Positions 17,386 to 26,485 of a stretch of DNA of 64,000 nt are shown here, one piece after another. A program made the position numbers and the translations under genes. The DNA is from Parcubacteria group bacterium Athens0714_16 (GTDB lineage Bacteria > Patescibacteriota > Minisyncoccia > Phycocordibacterales > 21-14-all-36-13), in the NCBI GenBank assembly GCA_007376805.1, contig VMGX01000001.1, positions 1,034 through 65,033 of the forward strand, in the 5' to 3' direction. Below the pieces are notes generated by a model. That model was given only the letters and a program-made list of their open reading frames with translations, did not search any database and was not told where the DNA came from. Every line of letters starts with the position of its first letter. The stretch's first letter is position 1.

Positions 17386-18111
17386 ATGAACATTATTGAT
17401 TTTAGTACACCATTCAGAAAACAAAAGCGAGTACTTAAATTCATTAGATTTTTACTCAATGTTTTCTATGGTTTTAAGGTGATGGGTTTAGAAAACTTAG
17501 AAAAATTACCTAAAAACAAAGGCGTTATATTTGCGCCAATTCATTCGGTTTTTTTAGATGTTTTCTTTACTCCAGCGGCTCTTTATCAAAATCTTAATTT
17601 ATTACCCTTTTTTCATGTAATAAGAGAAAGAAGAGAATATAAACAAACTTTGCTAAAATGGATTTTGGGTGGAAAATTTATTAAAGGTTGGGGTGCTTAT
17701 TCTCTTTTATCACCTTTCCACAATACATTATTATCTTATTTTGAAAGCCTTAAAATTCACATAGAAATTCTGGAGGCGGGAAAAAGTTTGATAATTTTTC
17801 CCGAGGGTGCAGTGAGAAATGGAAAATGGGCTGTTAAAAACAAGAAAATACTCAAAGCTCAACCCGGCGTAGCAATACTTGCTTTTATTACAGGGTGTCC
17901 TGTTGTTCCAGTCCTTATAAAATTGAAAAACACAAAAAGCACTGGGCTTAAAAAATTTATTCCGTTTTTTGGCAAGGCAAGTGTTAAATTTGGAGAACCT
18001 TTATTTTTTGATCAATTATTTAACGGTGAATCAAATGGTGAAAATTTTGAAGATTTTTTAAATGCTTCAAAATTTATTGTTAAAAAAATTGATGAGCTAG
18101 GCGGTTTATGA
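17386..18111 (+). CDS. 1-acyl-sn-glycerol-3-phosphate acyltransferase family protein
   Basis: HX4D motif (PIHSVFLDV) and FPEGAV motif. SD AGGAG lies upstream. Confidence 0.7.
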   Translation: MNIIDFSTPFRKQKRVLKFIRFLLNVFYGFKVMGLENLEKLPKNKGVIFAPIHSVFLDVFFTPAALYQNLNLLPFFHVIRERREYKQTLLKWILGGKFIKGWGAYSLLSPFHNTLLSYFESLKIHIEILEAGKSLIIFPEGAVRNGKWAVKNKKILKAQPGVAILAFITGCPVVPVLIKLKNTKSTGLKKFIPFFGKASVKFGEPLFFDQLFNGESNGENFEDFLNASKFIVKKIDELGGL

Positions 18112-18126
18112 AAACCGCCTTTTTTA
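18099..18126 (+). terminator. Terminator of the first plsC paralog
   Basis: aggcggttt atga aaaccgcct tttttt. Confidence 0.65.
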
Positions 18127-18221
18127 ATTTTTGTAACACAACAAAAACACATGAATTAAGATGGTTGCTTTTTTCTTCCAAAAGAATAAGATTCATTCCA
18201 GATAATATAGGAGTTTGAAAT

Positions 18222-18968
18222 ATGAATAATAAGGTTAAATATTGTAAATTTTGGCCTTTGTTCTTACAACATTTGATTTGGATACCAACTAGAATTGCTT
18301 TAAAATTTTTTTTTGATTTTAAAGTAATTGGTTTAGAAAATGTAAAAAAGGTACCCAAAAAATATGGAATAATCTTTGCATCTAATCATGCGAGTGGTTT
18401 GGATCCGGTTTTCATTCCATCCGCACTTCCATTTTTATCAAGATTTCTTCCAACATACAATATGACTCGTGGGGAAGGAAAATTTTCATATAAAAATAAA
18501 CTTATGAATTTTCTCCTTGTAACCCTCAGGCCAATTTTCAAGTTGTGGGGTGCATATCCAGTATCGTTTTTAGTACATAAAACATTCGCGGGATATAAAA
18601 ACATACTGAGAACGCACATAAAGATGTTACATGAAAGAAAAAGTGTAATCATCTTCCCTGTTGGAGCAATAAAAGAAAGGAGAATACAAGAAAGGCCTGG
18701 CACCGGTATTTCATTTATTGCTCACACTGTTCAATGTAAAATAATCCCAACGAGAATTTGGATATATGGGCTTGATAAAAATGAAGGTATGACTCTTAAA
18801 AAAATTCTTTTGAGAAAATACAAGGTAAGAGTTTTTTTGGGAGAAATTTTAGAATCTGAAAATATTTTTTCCGGCGATGAAATAACTGAAAAAAATATGA
18901 CAGACGAGTATTTGTATACTGCAAATCAAATTGTTGATGCAATAGCAAAATTAGGCGACTCAAACTGA
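18222..18968 (+). CDS. 1-acyl-sn-glycerol-3-phosphate acyltransferase family protein (tandem paralog)
   Basis: NHASGLDP (HX4D) and FPVGAI motifs. The upstream region is nearly the same as that of 17386 (ataggagtttgaaatatg). Confidence 0.7.
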   Translation: MNNKVKYCKFWPLFLQHLIWIPTRIALKFFFDFKVIGLENVKKVPKKYGIIFASNHASGLDPVFIPSALPFLSRFLPTYNMTRGEGKFSYKNKLMNFLLVTLRPIFKLWGAYPVSFLVHKTFAGYKNILRTHIKMLHERKSVIIFPVGAIKERRIQERPGTGISFIAHTVQCKIIPTRIWIYGLDKNEGMTLKKILLRKYKVRVFLGEILESENIFSGDEITEKNMTDEYLYTANQIVDAIAKLGDSN

Positions 18969-19179
18969 GCCGCCTTTTTTAATCTTTATTGAATAAATTA
19001 ATTTTTTCTCTCATTTCCTTTTCTGGAGTCAAAAATTTAAGAAGATTTGAAAACCTTGTACCAGTTGACCCAACAAACTGAAATAAAAAAAGAACTATCT
19101 TTCTCATTTTTTCTCCCGTTGATTATAATAAATTTCTATTTTGATATTATCATCTAATTACTTCTTTATCAAGAGATGT

Positions 19180-20466
19180 TTAATATTTTTCACCTTTCAA
19201 ATATTTTCCCAAAAAATCTCTTTTAAATTCAAAAAAAGTATCGTCTAAGATAGATTGTCTCATTTTTTTAACAAGATTAACTATAAAATATAAATTGTGT
19301 ATGGAAGCGAGTGTTGCACCAAGCATTTCTTTTGATCTAAAAAGATGTGATAAATATGCCTTAGTGTAGCTTGCCCCGCCATGGCGGGATGAACATGTGT
19401 AACAATCACAATTTTCATCGAGTTTTGAAAAATCATTTTTATACTTAGCATTTAATATATTTATCTTTCCACTCGTTGTATACATAGTTCCATTTCTAGC
19501 AATTCTTGTTGGTGCAACACAATCAAACGTGTCTATTCCATTTTCAACGCCTATAAATAAATCTATCGGTTCGCCTATACCCAAAAGATGTCTAGATTTT
19601 TCTTCTGGCAAAATTGAATTAATCCAAACAAGTGATTTATCTATGTCATTTTTCTCAAATGAACCACCTATACCAAATCCATTGAAATCCATCGCTCCGA
19701 TTGTTTTTGCACTTTCCTTACGTAGTTTTTCATTATTACCACCTTGAACTATGCCATAAATCGCAGATGGACGCGGATCAGACGCAGATTTACGCAGATC
19801 AAAATTTAATTTTTTATGATGTATGAGACATCTGTCTGCCCAGCGGTGTGTTCTATTCATTGCCTCTTCAAGATATTTTTCAGAGTTGTTTGGAGACGTA
19901 CATTCATCAAACGCAAAAATTATATCCGCACCTATATTATGTTGAATTTCAATTGATTTTTCCGGAGTAAAAAAATGTGGACTCCCATCTATGTGTGATT
20001 TAAATTCGACTCCTTCTTCTTTTATTTTTATACTTCCCTTTTGTAAAAATTCTTCGTTTTTATAAATTTTTTTTGCTAATTCATCTACATCATTTGTTTG
20101 GTTATTTATTTTACTAACATCAGAATCAAAACCAGAACCAAGAGAAAATACTTGAAAACCACCTGAGTCAGTTATTGTCGGCCCGTCCCAATTCATAAAT
20201 TTTCCTAAACCACCGGCAGATTTTACAATTTTATCTCCGGGTTCCAAATATAAATGATAAGTATTGGCCAAAACAACTTCTGCACCTAAATCTTTTACTT
20301 GCTCAGGTGTGAGTGCTTTAACAGTTGCCTTTGTTCCCACAACAGAAAAAGCTGGAGTTTTTATTATTCCATGCGATGTTTTTATTTCGCCAACTCTTCC
20401 TAAATATTCTTTTCCGCCAGAGGCGGATCCGCCTCTGGCGGAAATTCTTTTTTCTATTCTAAACAT
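19180..20466 (-). CDS. tgt: Queuine tRNA-ribosyltransferase, enlarged by three repeat-derived inserts
   Basis: TPAFSVVGTKATVKALTPEQVKDLGAEVVLANTYHLYLEPG, FTDSGGFQVFSL, GIGGSF and CDCYTC zinc site. It is 428 aa, against my recollection of ~375 aa for E. coli Tgt. Confidence 0.9.
   Translation of the reverse strand: MFRIEKRISARGGSASGGKEYLGRVGEIKTSHGIIKTPAFSVVGTKATVKALTPEQVKDLGAEVVLANTYHLYLEPGDKIVKSAGGLGKFMNWDGPTITDSGGFQVFSLGSGFDSDVSKINNQTNDVDELAKKIYKNEEFLQKGSIKIKEEGVEFKSHIDGSPHFFTPEKSIEIQHNIGADIIFAFDECTSPNNSEKYLEEAMNRTHRWADRCLIHHKKLNFDLRKSASDPRPSAIYGIVQGGNNEKLRKESAKTIGAMDFNGFGIGGSFEKNDIDKSLVWINSILPEEKSRHLLGIGEPIDLFIGVENGIDTFDCVAPTRIARNGTMYTTSGKINILNAKYKNDFSKLDENCDCYTCSSRHGGASYTKAYLSHLFRSKEMLGATLASIHNLYFIVNLVKKMRQSILDDTFFEFKRDFLGKYLKGEKY
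19375..19388. repeat. GC palindrome inside the tgt CDS
   Basis: cccgccatggcggg (perfect), encodes RHGGA. Confidence 0.7.
19762..19800. repeat. CGCAGAT 10-nt periodic repeat inside the tgt CDS
   Basis: cgcagatggacgcggatcagacgcagatttacgcagatc. Confidence 0.8.
20413..20442. repeat. Two abutting H4 hairpins inside the tgt CDS
   Basis: tccgccagaggcgga + tccgcctctggcgga, encodes SARGGSASGG. Confidence 0.8.
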
Positions 20467-20550
20467 GTTAGTGAATAATATAACAAATCGAGCCCTTTTT
20501 AAAAGGGCTCGATAGTTTTTCTTTTTAACTTTTACTTTTCAAAAAATTTC

Positions 20551-21054
20551 TTATTGCGTATTTTCTGCTGGCAAACTTTCTACACTAATTAATTCAACTT
20601 TAAAATTCAAGTTTGAATTTGCTGGTATTGGACCTAATTCCTGATTACCATATCCAAGTGTTGGAGATATTTTTAATTCTCTTGTCCCACCAACTTTCAT
20701 GCCTTTAACTCCTAAATCCCATCCCTGTATAACTTCTCCTGCTCCAAGCACAAATTGAAATGGTTGATTTCTTTTATATGAAGAATCAAAAATTGTTCCA
20801 TCATCAAGTGTCCCCTCATAATTAACCGTGACCAACATTCCATTTTCTGCTACCAAACCATCTCCAACCTGAACATCTGTGGCTACCAAACCTTCAACTG
20901 TGGGTAAATTATTATTTGTTGCCATATTTTCATTTGTTTGATCATTTAAACCAATACTATTGAAATCAATAAAAGAATTTACTAAAAAAAACAAAACGAA
21001 TACCACAACCACTCCAACCACTATTGCTATGTTTTTATTTAATTTTTTATCCAT
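20551..21054 (-). CDS. Membrane-anchored FKBP-type peptidyl-prolyl isomerase
   Basis: N-terminal TM helix, then YEGTLDDGTIFDSSYKRNQPFQFVLGAGEVIQGWDLGVKGMKVGG. Confidence 0.85.
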   Translation of the reverse strand: MDKKLNKNIAIVVGVVVVFVLFFLVNSFIDFNSIGLNDQTNENMATNNNLPTVEGLVATDVQVGDGLVAENGMLVTVNYEGTLDDGTIFDSSYKRNQPFQFVLGAGEVIQGWDLGVKGMKVGGTRELKISPTLGYGNQELGPIPANSNLNFKVELISVESLPAENTQ

Positions 21055-21396
21055 ATTTTTTTATCTTGTAAGTTAATAATTATTAAAATGATGTTTTCGC
21101 CTGTTATATATTTTAACCCAAAAATGACACAACCTGCAAACTTTTGTGTATAAATGAAAAAGCAATCTAAATTTAAAACCTCTGGGAGAGGTTTTAAATC
21201 CATAATATCTTTGTGAAAGCTTTTTCATCCATAATTGATTTTTTAAATGAAAAAAGCCACCCGAAGGCAACTTTCTTCATGGCATCCGCCTTAACAAAAC
21301 CGAAGTAGTGCAAAGACGAACACCGATATAAATGATACTACGGACAGAGTAGATTACAAGGAATTTAATTCAAAACTGTGGATAACTTTTTATAAT

Positions 21397-21423
21397 AAAA
21401 AAGACGCGTTTTCACGCGTCTTT
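21397..21423 (-). terminator. Terminator of 21436..22365
   Basis: aaaaaagacgcg tttt cacgcgtcttt. Confidence 0.7.
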
Positions 21424-21435
21424 ATGAAATCTCCA

Positions 21436-22365
21436 TTAACTCCAAGAATCTATCTGCTCCTGGAGAGTTTTCGGAAAAATTCTACTCTCTCTAAGCAACA
21501 CGTTTATCATATAAAAACATGTGGCCATTTTATTTCCGCCCAATAGAGCATTCTTAAATGAAACTGGACCATTGTGATCTTTTATAGAATTAGCCAACTT
21601 TTTCATTGTTTCTATATCTTCAAGAGATAACAAATCCCAATTTTTTTGAAGAAAATCCAATTCATCCAGACCCCACAAAATTTTTATAAAATGTTCTCTA
21701 TTTTTTGCAAGAATTTTTGGTGTATGTCTATAATCACTAAAATTACATACCCACGCGTTCGTAGAAAGTTTGTAGAGAAAATCTATTGCAATTTTCCAAG
21801 AATGATTATCGGTACTTCTTCGGGGAATGTTTCTTATAAAAGAAAAAAATTCAATTGCTTTTGATAATATAATATATTCTTTTACATCTATAAGATAAGG
21901 CCACCATGACGGTTCATTGTATGCTTCTTTAAAATCGTTACCGCGTGTGTTATCTTTCAAAAATTTTTGACAGAGAACAGAAAAAGCTTTCATCGCTATT
22001 TTTTGTCTCAAAGATTGACGACTTATACTAACTTTTTTCCCTTCGTGATCGATATCAATTTCATTCTGGTCTTCTCTTGTTCCTGAAGAGAAAGAAGAAT
22101 AATTTGAATATCCGTAAGAATAATCGAAATACAATTTAATTACATCCGAGAAAGAAATGCCAAGATCGTCATACATATCTTCATCTAAACCATGGTGTAA
22201 TAAACTAAGAATTTCTTTGTACTCATTAGACATATTTAGCGTATCTCTCCAAATACAACGATTGCTAGTGTTTGTTATTTTTTTCCCCGGTAAAACTTCG
22301 TTTCGCTCAAATTCAATTTGAGACAAAAGTTCTTGTTTCTTCTGTTCTTCGTTTGTAGTTTCCAT
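21436..22365 (-). CDS. Hypothetical protein (309 aa)
   Basis: Long ORF with no motif recognised. Terminator at 21397..21423. Confidence 0.4.
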   Translation of the reverse strand: METTNEEQKKQELLSQIEFERNEVLPGKKITNTSNRCIWRDTLNMSNEYKEILSLLHHGLDEDMYDDLGISFSDVIKLYFDYSYGYSNYSSFSSGTREDQNEIDIDHEGKKVSISRQSLRQKIAMKAFSVLCQKFLKDNTRGNDFKEAYNEPSWWPYLIDVKEYIILSKAIEFFSFIRNIPRRSTDNHSWKIAIDFLYKLSTNAWVCNFSDYRHTPKILAKNREHFIKILWGLDELDFLQKNWDLLSLEDIETMKKLANSIKDHNGPVSFKNALLGGNKMATCFYMINVLLRESRIFPKTLQEQIDSWS

Positions 22366-22493
22366 TTTAAAAACTCCTTATTTATTTTAATGAACTATGC
22401 CCAGCTATTTAGGGCCTGTTTGAACAATACAGAAAAGACACAACTTTGTCAATTTCTCTATTTTATTATTTACAAGCTTTATTATTCAAAAAA

Positions 22494-22525
22494 CTATCCC
22501 CTTATTCGCTACAATTAGAGAATAG
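22494..22525. repeat. Hairpin family H2
   Basis: ctatccccttattcgctacaattagagaatag. Confidence 0.7.
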
Positions 22526-22569
22526 TTTATCTGTTTTAAAATAACATCTACGCTATAGCGTAGATGTTA

Positions 22570-22625
22570 TTTTTGTTTTCTTGTTTTCTTGTTTTATTGT
22601 TTTTTTTTGCTTTCTTGCTTTTTGA
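22570..22625. repeat. Degenerate 8-bp periodic T-rich tract (ttttcttg-like)
   Basis: ttttgttttcttgttttcttgttttattgtttttttttgctttcttgc. Confidence 0.5.
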
Positions 22626-22628
22626 TTC

Positions 22629-23027
22629 TTACTCCGTAGTTACTCCGTCAAACTCAGGCCCATCTGTATTTGCTTCTTCTTTTGTCGCACGAACAATTCC
22701 GTCTTTATGATGAGCTGGTGAATAAATTGTATAAAGTTTCAAGTTTTTTTTGTTTGATGTGTTTATAATATTGTGTTTTGCACCAGCTGGAACAACAACT
22801 GCAAAATCATCTTCAATCGCATATTCGTTTCTGTCTATAATGCATTTCCCCTTCCCTTTTTCAAATCTAAAAAATTGGTCATTGTCTTCATGAACTTCCA
22901 TACCAATTTCTTCTCCTGGTAATAAACTCATCAAAACTAATTGACTATGTTTACCAGTGTAAAGAACTTTACGAAAATTATTATTTTCTTCTGTTTCCTT
23001 TTCTATGTTTTTTACAAATCCTTTCAT
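22629..23027 (-). CDS. Cupin-domain protein
   Basis: GEEIGMEVHEDNDQFFRFEKGKG ... VVVPAGAKHNIIN matches the two-motif cupin pattern. Confidence 0.6.
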   Translation of the reverse strand: MKGFVKNIEKETEENNNFRKVLYTGKHSQLVLMSLLPGEEIGMEVHEDNDQFFRFEKGKGKCIIDRNEYAIEDDFAVVVPAGAKHNIINTSNKKNLKLYTIYSPAHHKDGIVRATKEEANTDGPEFDGVTTE

Positions 23028-23099
23028 AATTTTTTTGTGAGATTAGTTTTAATTAACTTGTAAAATTATATCACAAGAACCGTGAAAACATAAAAACAT

Positions 23100-23130
23100 C
23101 CCAGTTAAATATGCTTTGCATTTAACAGGG
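23100..23130. repeat. Minimal family B-like hairpin
   Basis: cccagttaaatatgctttgcatttaacaggg. Confidence 0.5.
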
Positions 23131-23162
23131 TAAGTAAAATCAAGAAAATACAAAAAACATTA

Positions 23163-23202
23163 GTGACGCCGTATCTCTGCTATAGCAGAGATACGGCGTC
23201 AC
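23163..23202. repeat. Hairpin family H1
   Basis: gtgacgccgtatctctgctatagcagagatacggcgtcac. Confidence 0.8.
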
Positions 23203-23223
23203 TTCATAAAACCAAAAATAAAC

Positions 23224-23256
23224 CATCCCCTTATTCCATTGGATTAGAGAACGAAT
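23224..23256. repeat. Hairpin family H2
   Basis: catccccttattccattggattagagaacgaat. Confidence 0.65.
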
Positions 23257-23278
23257 AAAAATTGAAAAAAACTAATTA

Positions 23279-23920
23279 CTATTTAATTATATTTTCCCAG
23301 ATATATTCTATATCTTGTTTTTCTTTCCATAATTTCACTATTTTTTCTCTTAATTCTTTATGTTGTGGATATCCTGTGTCTTCCAAATTCTCTGGCATTA
23401 AATCTTTACAAACAAAATTTAAAAGAATAGTGAGAGATTCTTTTATATCGTGATATTTTTGAGACCCCAGTTTATCAACCCAAGATTTTCCCCACCTATA
23501 CCAAGTATAAAAATGCCAAAGCTCGTGCATTATTGAATGTCTCTGAACTCCCTTACCGATACAGGCAAATGTATAATTTTCTTTAATGTTATATGGCAAC
23601 CTTTCATTGACTGTTAGATATATCGTTACATCTTCTTTTAGAAAAACTTTAAAAATTTCTTCTGCTCTTTTTTGAAATTTTTCGGAAATATTATCAAATT
23701 CTTTTTGATATTTTGATACATATTCGTTTACATTAAAATTGTTTTCTTTTAAATATTCATCTATAAATAGGGATGCGGATTTTTCGTCTGGATTTTCTCC
23801 AAATTTGGAAACTAATTTTGTATATGCAATAGTGGGTGATTGGGAAAGAATTGAACTTTTTCCTTTATTTAATAAACACCAAACATCTTTTTCTTTTTCA
23901 TATTTAAATTTTACTTTCAT
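23279..23920 (-). CDS. Hypothetical protein with HEXXH motif
   Basis: Contains HSIMHELWHFYTW (HEXXH). Otherwise unassigned. Confidence 0.4.
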   Translation of the reverse strand: MKVKFKYEKEKDVWCLLNKGKSSILSQSPTIAYTKLVSKFGENPDEKSASLFIDEYLKENNFNVNEYVSKYQKEFDNISEKFQKRAEEIFKVFLKEDVTIYLTVNERLPYNIKENYTFACIGKGVQRHSIMHELWHFYTWYRWGKSWVDKLGSQKYHDIKESLTILLNFVCKDLMPENLEDTGYPQHKELREKIVKLWKEKQDIEYIWENIIK

Positions 23921-23957
23921 ATTTTTTTATTATTTTTAAAAAATTTTTAAATCTTAT

Positions 23958-23989
23958 CTATCCCCCTATTCGCTACAATTAGAGGATAG
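23958..23989. repeat. Hairpin family H2
   Basis: ctatccccctattcgctacaattagaggatag. Confidence 0.7.
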
Positions 23990-24029
23990 AAAACTACAAT
24001 GAAGATAAAAAAAATATTTCAGATAAATT

Positions 24030-24287
24030 TTAATTTGGACAAGGAGCAAAATCGCAATTTGGTCCTGTTCTTCCCACACCCGAGCCGTCAGGGCAAAGTT
24101 TTGCCTCTGTAGTGCAAAAAATCTGTTCTCCACATTGCTCTGTTGGTATTGGAGAACTTGGATTACCGTGTTTAACCCACCCATTTCCTTCACAAATCCA
24201 ATTATCTTCGTCCCCACGAATAATAAACATTACTGCAAGTAATATTAATAAAACTATAATCGTTATAATTTGTTTTTTTGTTGTCAT
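24030..24287 (-). CDS. Small secreted or anchored Cys-rich protein
   Basis: N-terminal TM/signal helix followed by six Cys (CEGNGW...CGEQIFC...CPDG...CDFAPC). Confidence 0.4.
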   Translation of the reverse strand: MTTKKQIITIIVLLILLAVMFIIRGDEDNWICEGNGWVKHGNPSSPIPTEQCGEQIFCTTEAKLCPDGSGVGRTGPNCDFAPCPN

Positions 24288-24294
24288 ATTTAAT

Positions 24295-25263
24295 CTACTT
24301 CTTTAATTCTTTAATGAATAAATCTCTAAGAAGTTTTATCTCGTTATCGTCATATAGTGATATTGCAATAACAATTGGACATTTTTTCTCTAGTTTTTTA
24401 ATAATTTTATCTATTTGTTTTTTATCGTCAATTAAATCTGTTTTTGTTAAGACAACAATTTCTTTTTTATTCAAAAGTTCCTTATCAAATTGTTCAAGTT
24501 CTTTTCTTATTGTTTTATAAGCACCCTCAACATCTTCATTTTCCAAAGAAATTAAATGGACAAGCATTTTCGTTCGTCTAATGTGTTTTAAAAATTTATG
24601 CCCGAGTCCTTTCCCTTCTGATGCACCTTCAATAAGCCCCGGAATATCCGAAATTATATACCCATAAAATTCTCCGAGATTTGGTTCAAGTGTTGTGAAT
24701 GGATGCGCACCAACTTTTGCGTTAGCGTTTGTAATCGCATTCAACAAACTCGATTTGCCAGCATTTGGAAGTCCTATCAACCCAATATCTGCAACAAGCT
24801 CAACTTCAATATAAAAATCAGCTTCCTCTCCCGGCCACCCATTTGTAAATTCTTTTGGACTTCTGTTTGTTGAACTTTTATAGTGTTCGTTCCCGCGACC
24901 ACCGGCACCTCCTTTAAGTAATAATAATTTTTCGCCCTCTTCAAGAAGTGATACTTTTTCACCTGATCTTATATTTGTAATAACAGAGCCAATCGGAAGT
25001 AAAATTTCCAAGTCAGTCCCAACGGCGCCGTGCAAACTTTTTTTCATACCATCACCACCTCGTTCGGCAACAAATTCTTTTTTTGTGCGATATTTAGATA
25101 ATATTTGTGAATCACGAACAGCCGTGGCAATAACATTACCGCCGTAACCACCATCACCTCCCGAAGGACCGGCAAACTCTTTCCCCTTTTCATGACGCCA
25201 ACGAACAACACCGTCGCCACCATCACCAGCTTTCGCATGTATTTTTAATTCATCTATAAACAT
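24295..25263 (-). CDS. obg: GTPase Obg (short form)
   Basis: MFIDELKIHAKAGDGGDGVV Gly-rich Obg fold, then G1 GLPNAGKSS, DIPGLIEGA, TKTD. Confidence 0.9.
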   Translation of the reverse strand: MFIDELKIHAKAGDGGDGVVRWRHEKGKEFAGPSGGDGGYGGNVIATAVRDSQILSKYRTKKEFVAERGGDGMKKSLHGAVGTDLEILLPIGSVITNIRSGEKVSLLEEGEKLLLLKGGAGGRGNEHYKSSTNRSPKEFTNGWPGEEADFYIEVELVADIGLIGLPNAGKSSLLNAITNANAKVGAHPFTTLEPNLGEFYGYIISDIPGLIEGASEGKGLGHKFLKHIRRTKMLVHLISLENEDVEGAYKTIRKELEQFDKELLNKKEIVVLTKTDLIDDKKQIDKIIKKLEKKCPIVIAISLYDDNEIKLLRDLFIKELKK

Positions 25264-25292
25264 AACTTAATATTACATTATTAAATGAATAT

Positions 25293-26411
25293 TTAATAAT
25301 TTGTGATTTTTTCTAAAGTTGGCTTTGTCATCACATTTATAATATTAAAACGTAATCGCCCAACAACATCTCCATGTGAAGTTTCAACATTAACGCGCCA
25401 TTTGCCCGGAACTAACCCTTCTTGCATTGAGTATGTTCTATAGCCATTTTCACGCCCACCAGTGACCTTGAGGTCCACAGTGCTCACAGTGACCCATTTG
25501 CCACTTGTTTCATCATAGTGCTCCCAAACATGGATAATATCTGCATTTATGAGTGTCGGGGAAAATATTGAACTATATGCATAAATTGGAGAATTTGGCG
25601 TTTTGTGAAAATCTTCATAAAATTTAAAATAATCACTCCATTTTTTGTTTTCTTGTTCGGCTAAATAATTTCCACTCACGTCTCTAGTGATTGAGTGATA
25701 AACGCCAGCGTCTTTCAATGAAAGTGGAATTGGTGGAATAAGTTTCAAAAAATATAAAATGTTCGTAATGAAGAAAATTCCAAAAATTGAAATTAAAAGT
25801 ATTTTTTTACTCTTATGAAATTTTTCTCTACCAAAATACCCGAGAATTAAAATAAACAAACCAATCAAAACCAAACTCACGGCACCGCTTAATAAAAATA
25901 CATCCTGACCAATTCTGTGTAATACAACTGGAACTATAAAAATCGCAAACAAGAAAATAGACAAATAAAACAAAGTAATTTGAAAACTAATTCTAGAATA
26001 ATGTTTCTTAAGAGATTCGTTCGCTGTAAACGCCGCTAAAAGAATTAATAAGAATGGCCAGCTCACAAGCAGTGTTGAACTTCTGAAATAAAATACTAGA
26101 AAAACGCTCAACAGCCCACCAAATGTAAACTGTAAAATATTTATGAGCCAAAAATGAATCTTGTCTGGGTCTTTTGGATCAATACCCTCCATTTCCTTAC
26201 GATTTATCATCACTATACAAACCGCAACAACCAAGAAGTGAATTATAATCCAAAAATTTTCCCACAATGTGTCCACGCGTTTTAATGTGATCGCATCAAA
26301 AACGAATCCGCTCACAAGCGAAAAAGATGAAATTGGTCTTTCAAATCTCGTGAAAATTTTTACTGCATATTTAACAAAAAATAAATTTCTGATTTTATTT
26401 AAAAAATTCAT
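25293..26411 (-). CDS. Multi-pass membrane protein with C-terminal soluble domain
   Basis: About 7 hydrophobic helices, then a beta-rich C-terminus (GKWVTVSTVDLKVTGGRENGYRTY..GKWRVNVET). Reminiscent of DUF2914-type proteins, from memory only. Confidence 0.45.
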   Translation of the reverse strand: MNFLNKIRNLFFVKYAVKIFTRFERPISSFSLVSGFVFDAITLKRVDTLWENFWIIIHFLVVAVCIVMINRKEMEGIDPKDPDKIHFWLINILQFTFGGLLSVFLVFYFRSSTLLVSWPFLLILLAAFTANESLKKHYSRISFQITLFYLSIFLFAIFIVPVVLHRIGQDVFLLSGAVSLVLIGLFILILGYFGREKFHKSKKILLISIFGIFFITNILYFLKLIPPIPLSLKDAGVYHSITRDVSGNYLAEQENKKWSDYFKFYEDFHKTPNSPIYAYSSIFSPTLINADIIHVWEHYDETSGKWVTVSTVDLKVTGGRENGYRTYSMQEGLVPGKWRVNVETSHGDVVGRLRFNIINVMTKPTLEKITNY

Positions 26412-26485
26412 GATTATAATTAATAATTATATCATCTTCTTAAAATTTATTTTAAAAACAAAAAGGCATCATTTTATGATGCCTT

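Noticed and set aside
17386-18968. Tandem plsC paralogs as something unusual
   Set aside because: This is an ordinary local gene duplication of acyltransferases with similar upstream regions, and nothing further supports a special system.
21377-21385. Origin of replication inferred from DnaA-box consensus hits (21377, 30210, 41805, 41906)
   Set aside because: The boxes are scattered singly over 20 kb rather than clustered. No dnaA or dnaN gene is present, and in this AT-rich sequence the 9-mer and its variants are not very improbable.
23966-24306. Overlapping ORFs 23966..24217 (-) and 24112..24306 (+) around the small Cys-rich gene
   Set aside because: Only 24030..24287 has a signal/TM segment followed by a plausible mature domain. 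The others are frame shadows.
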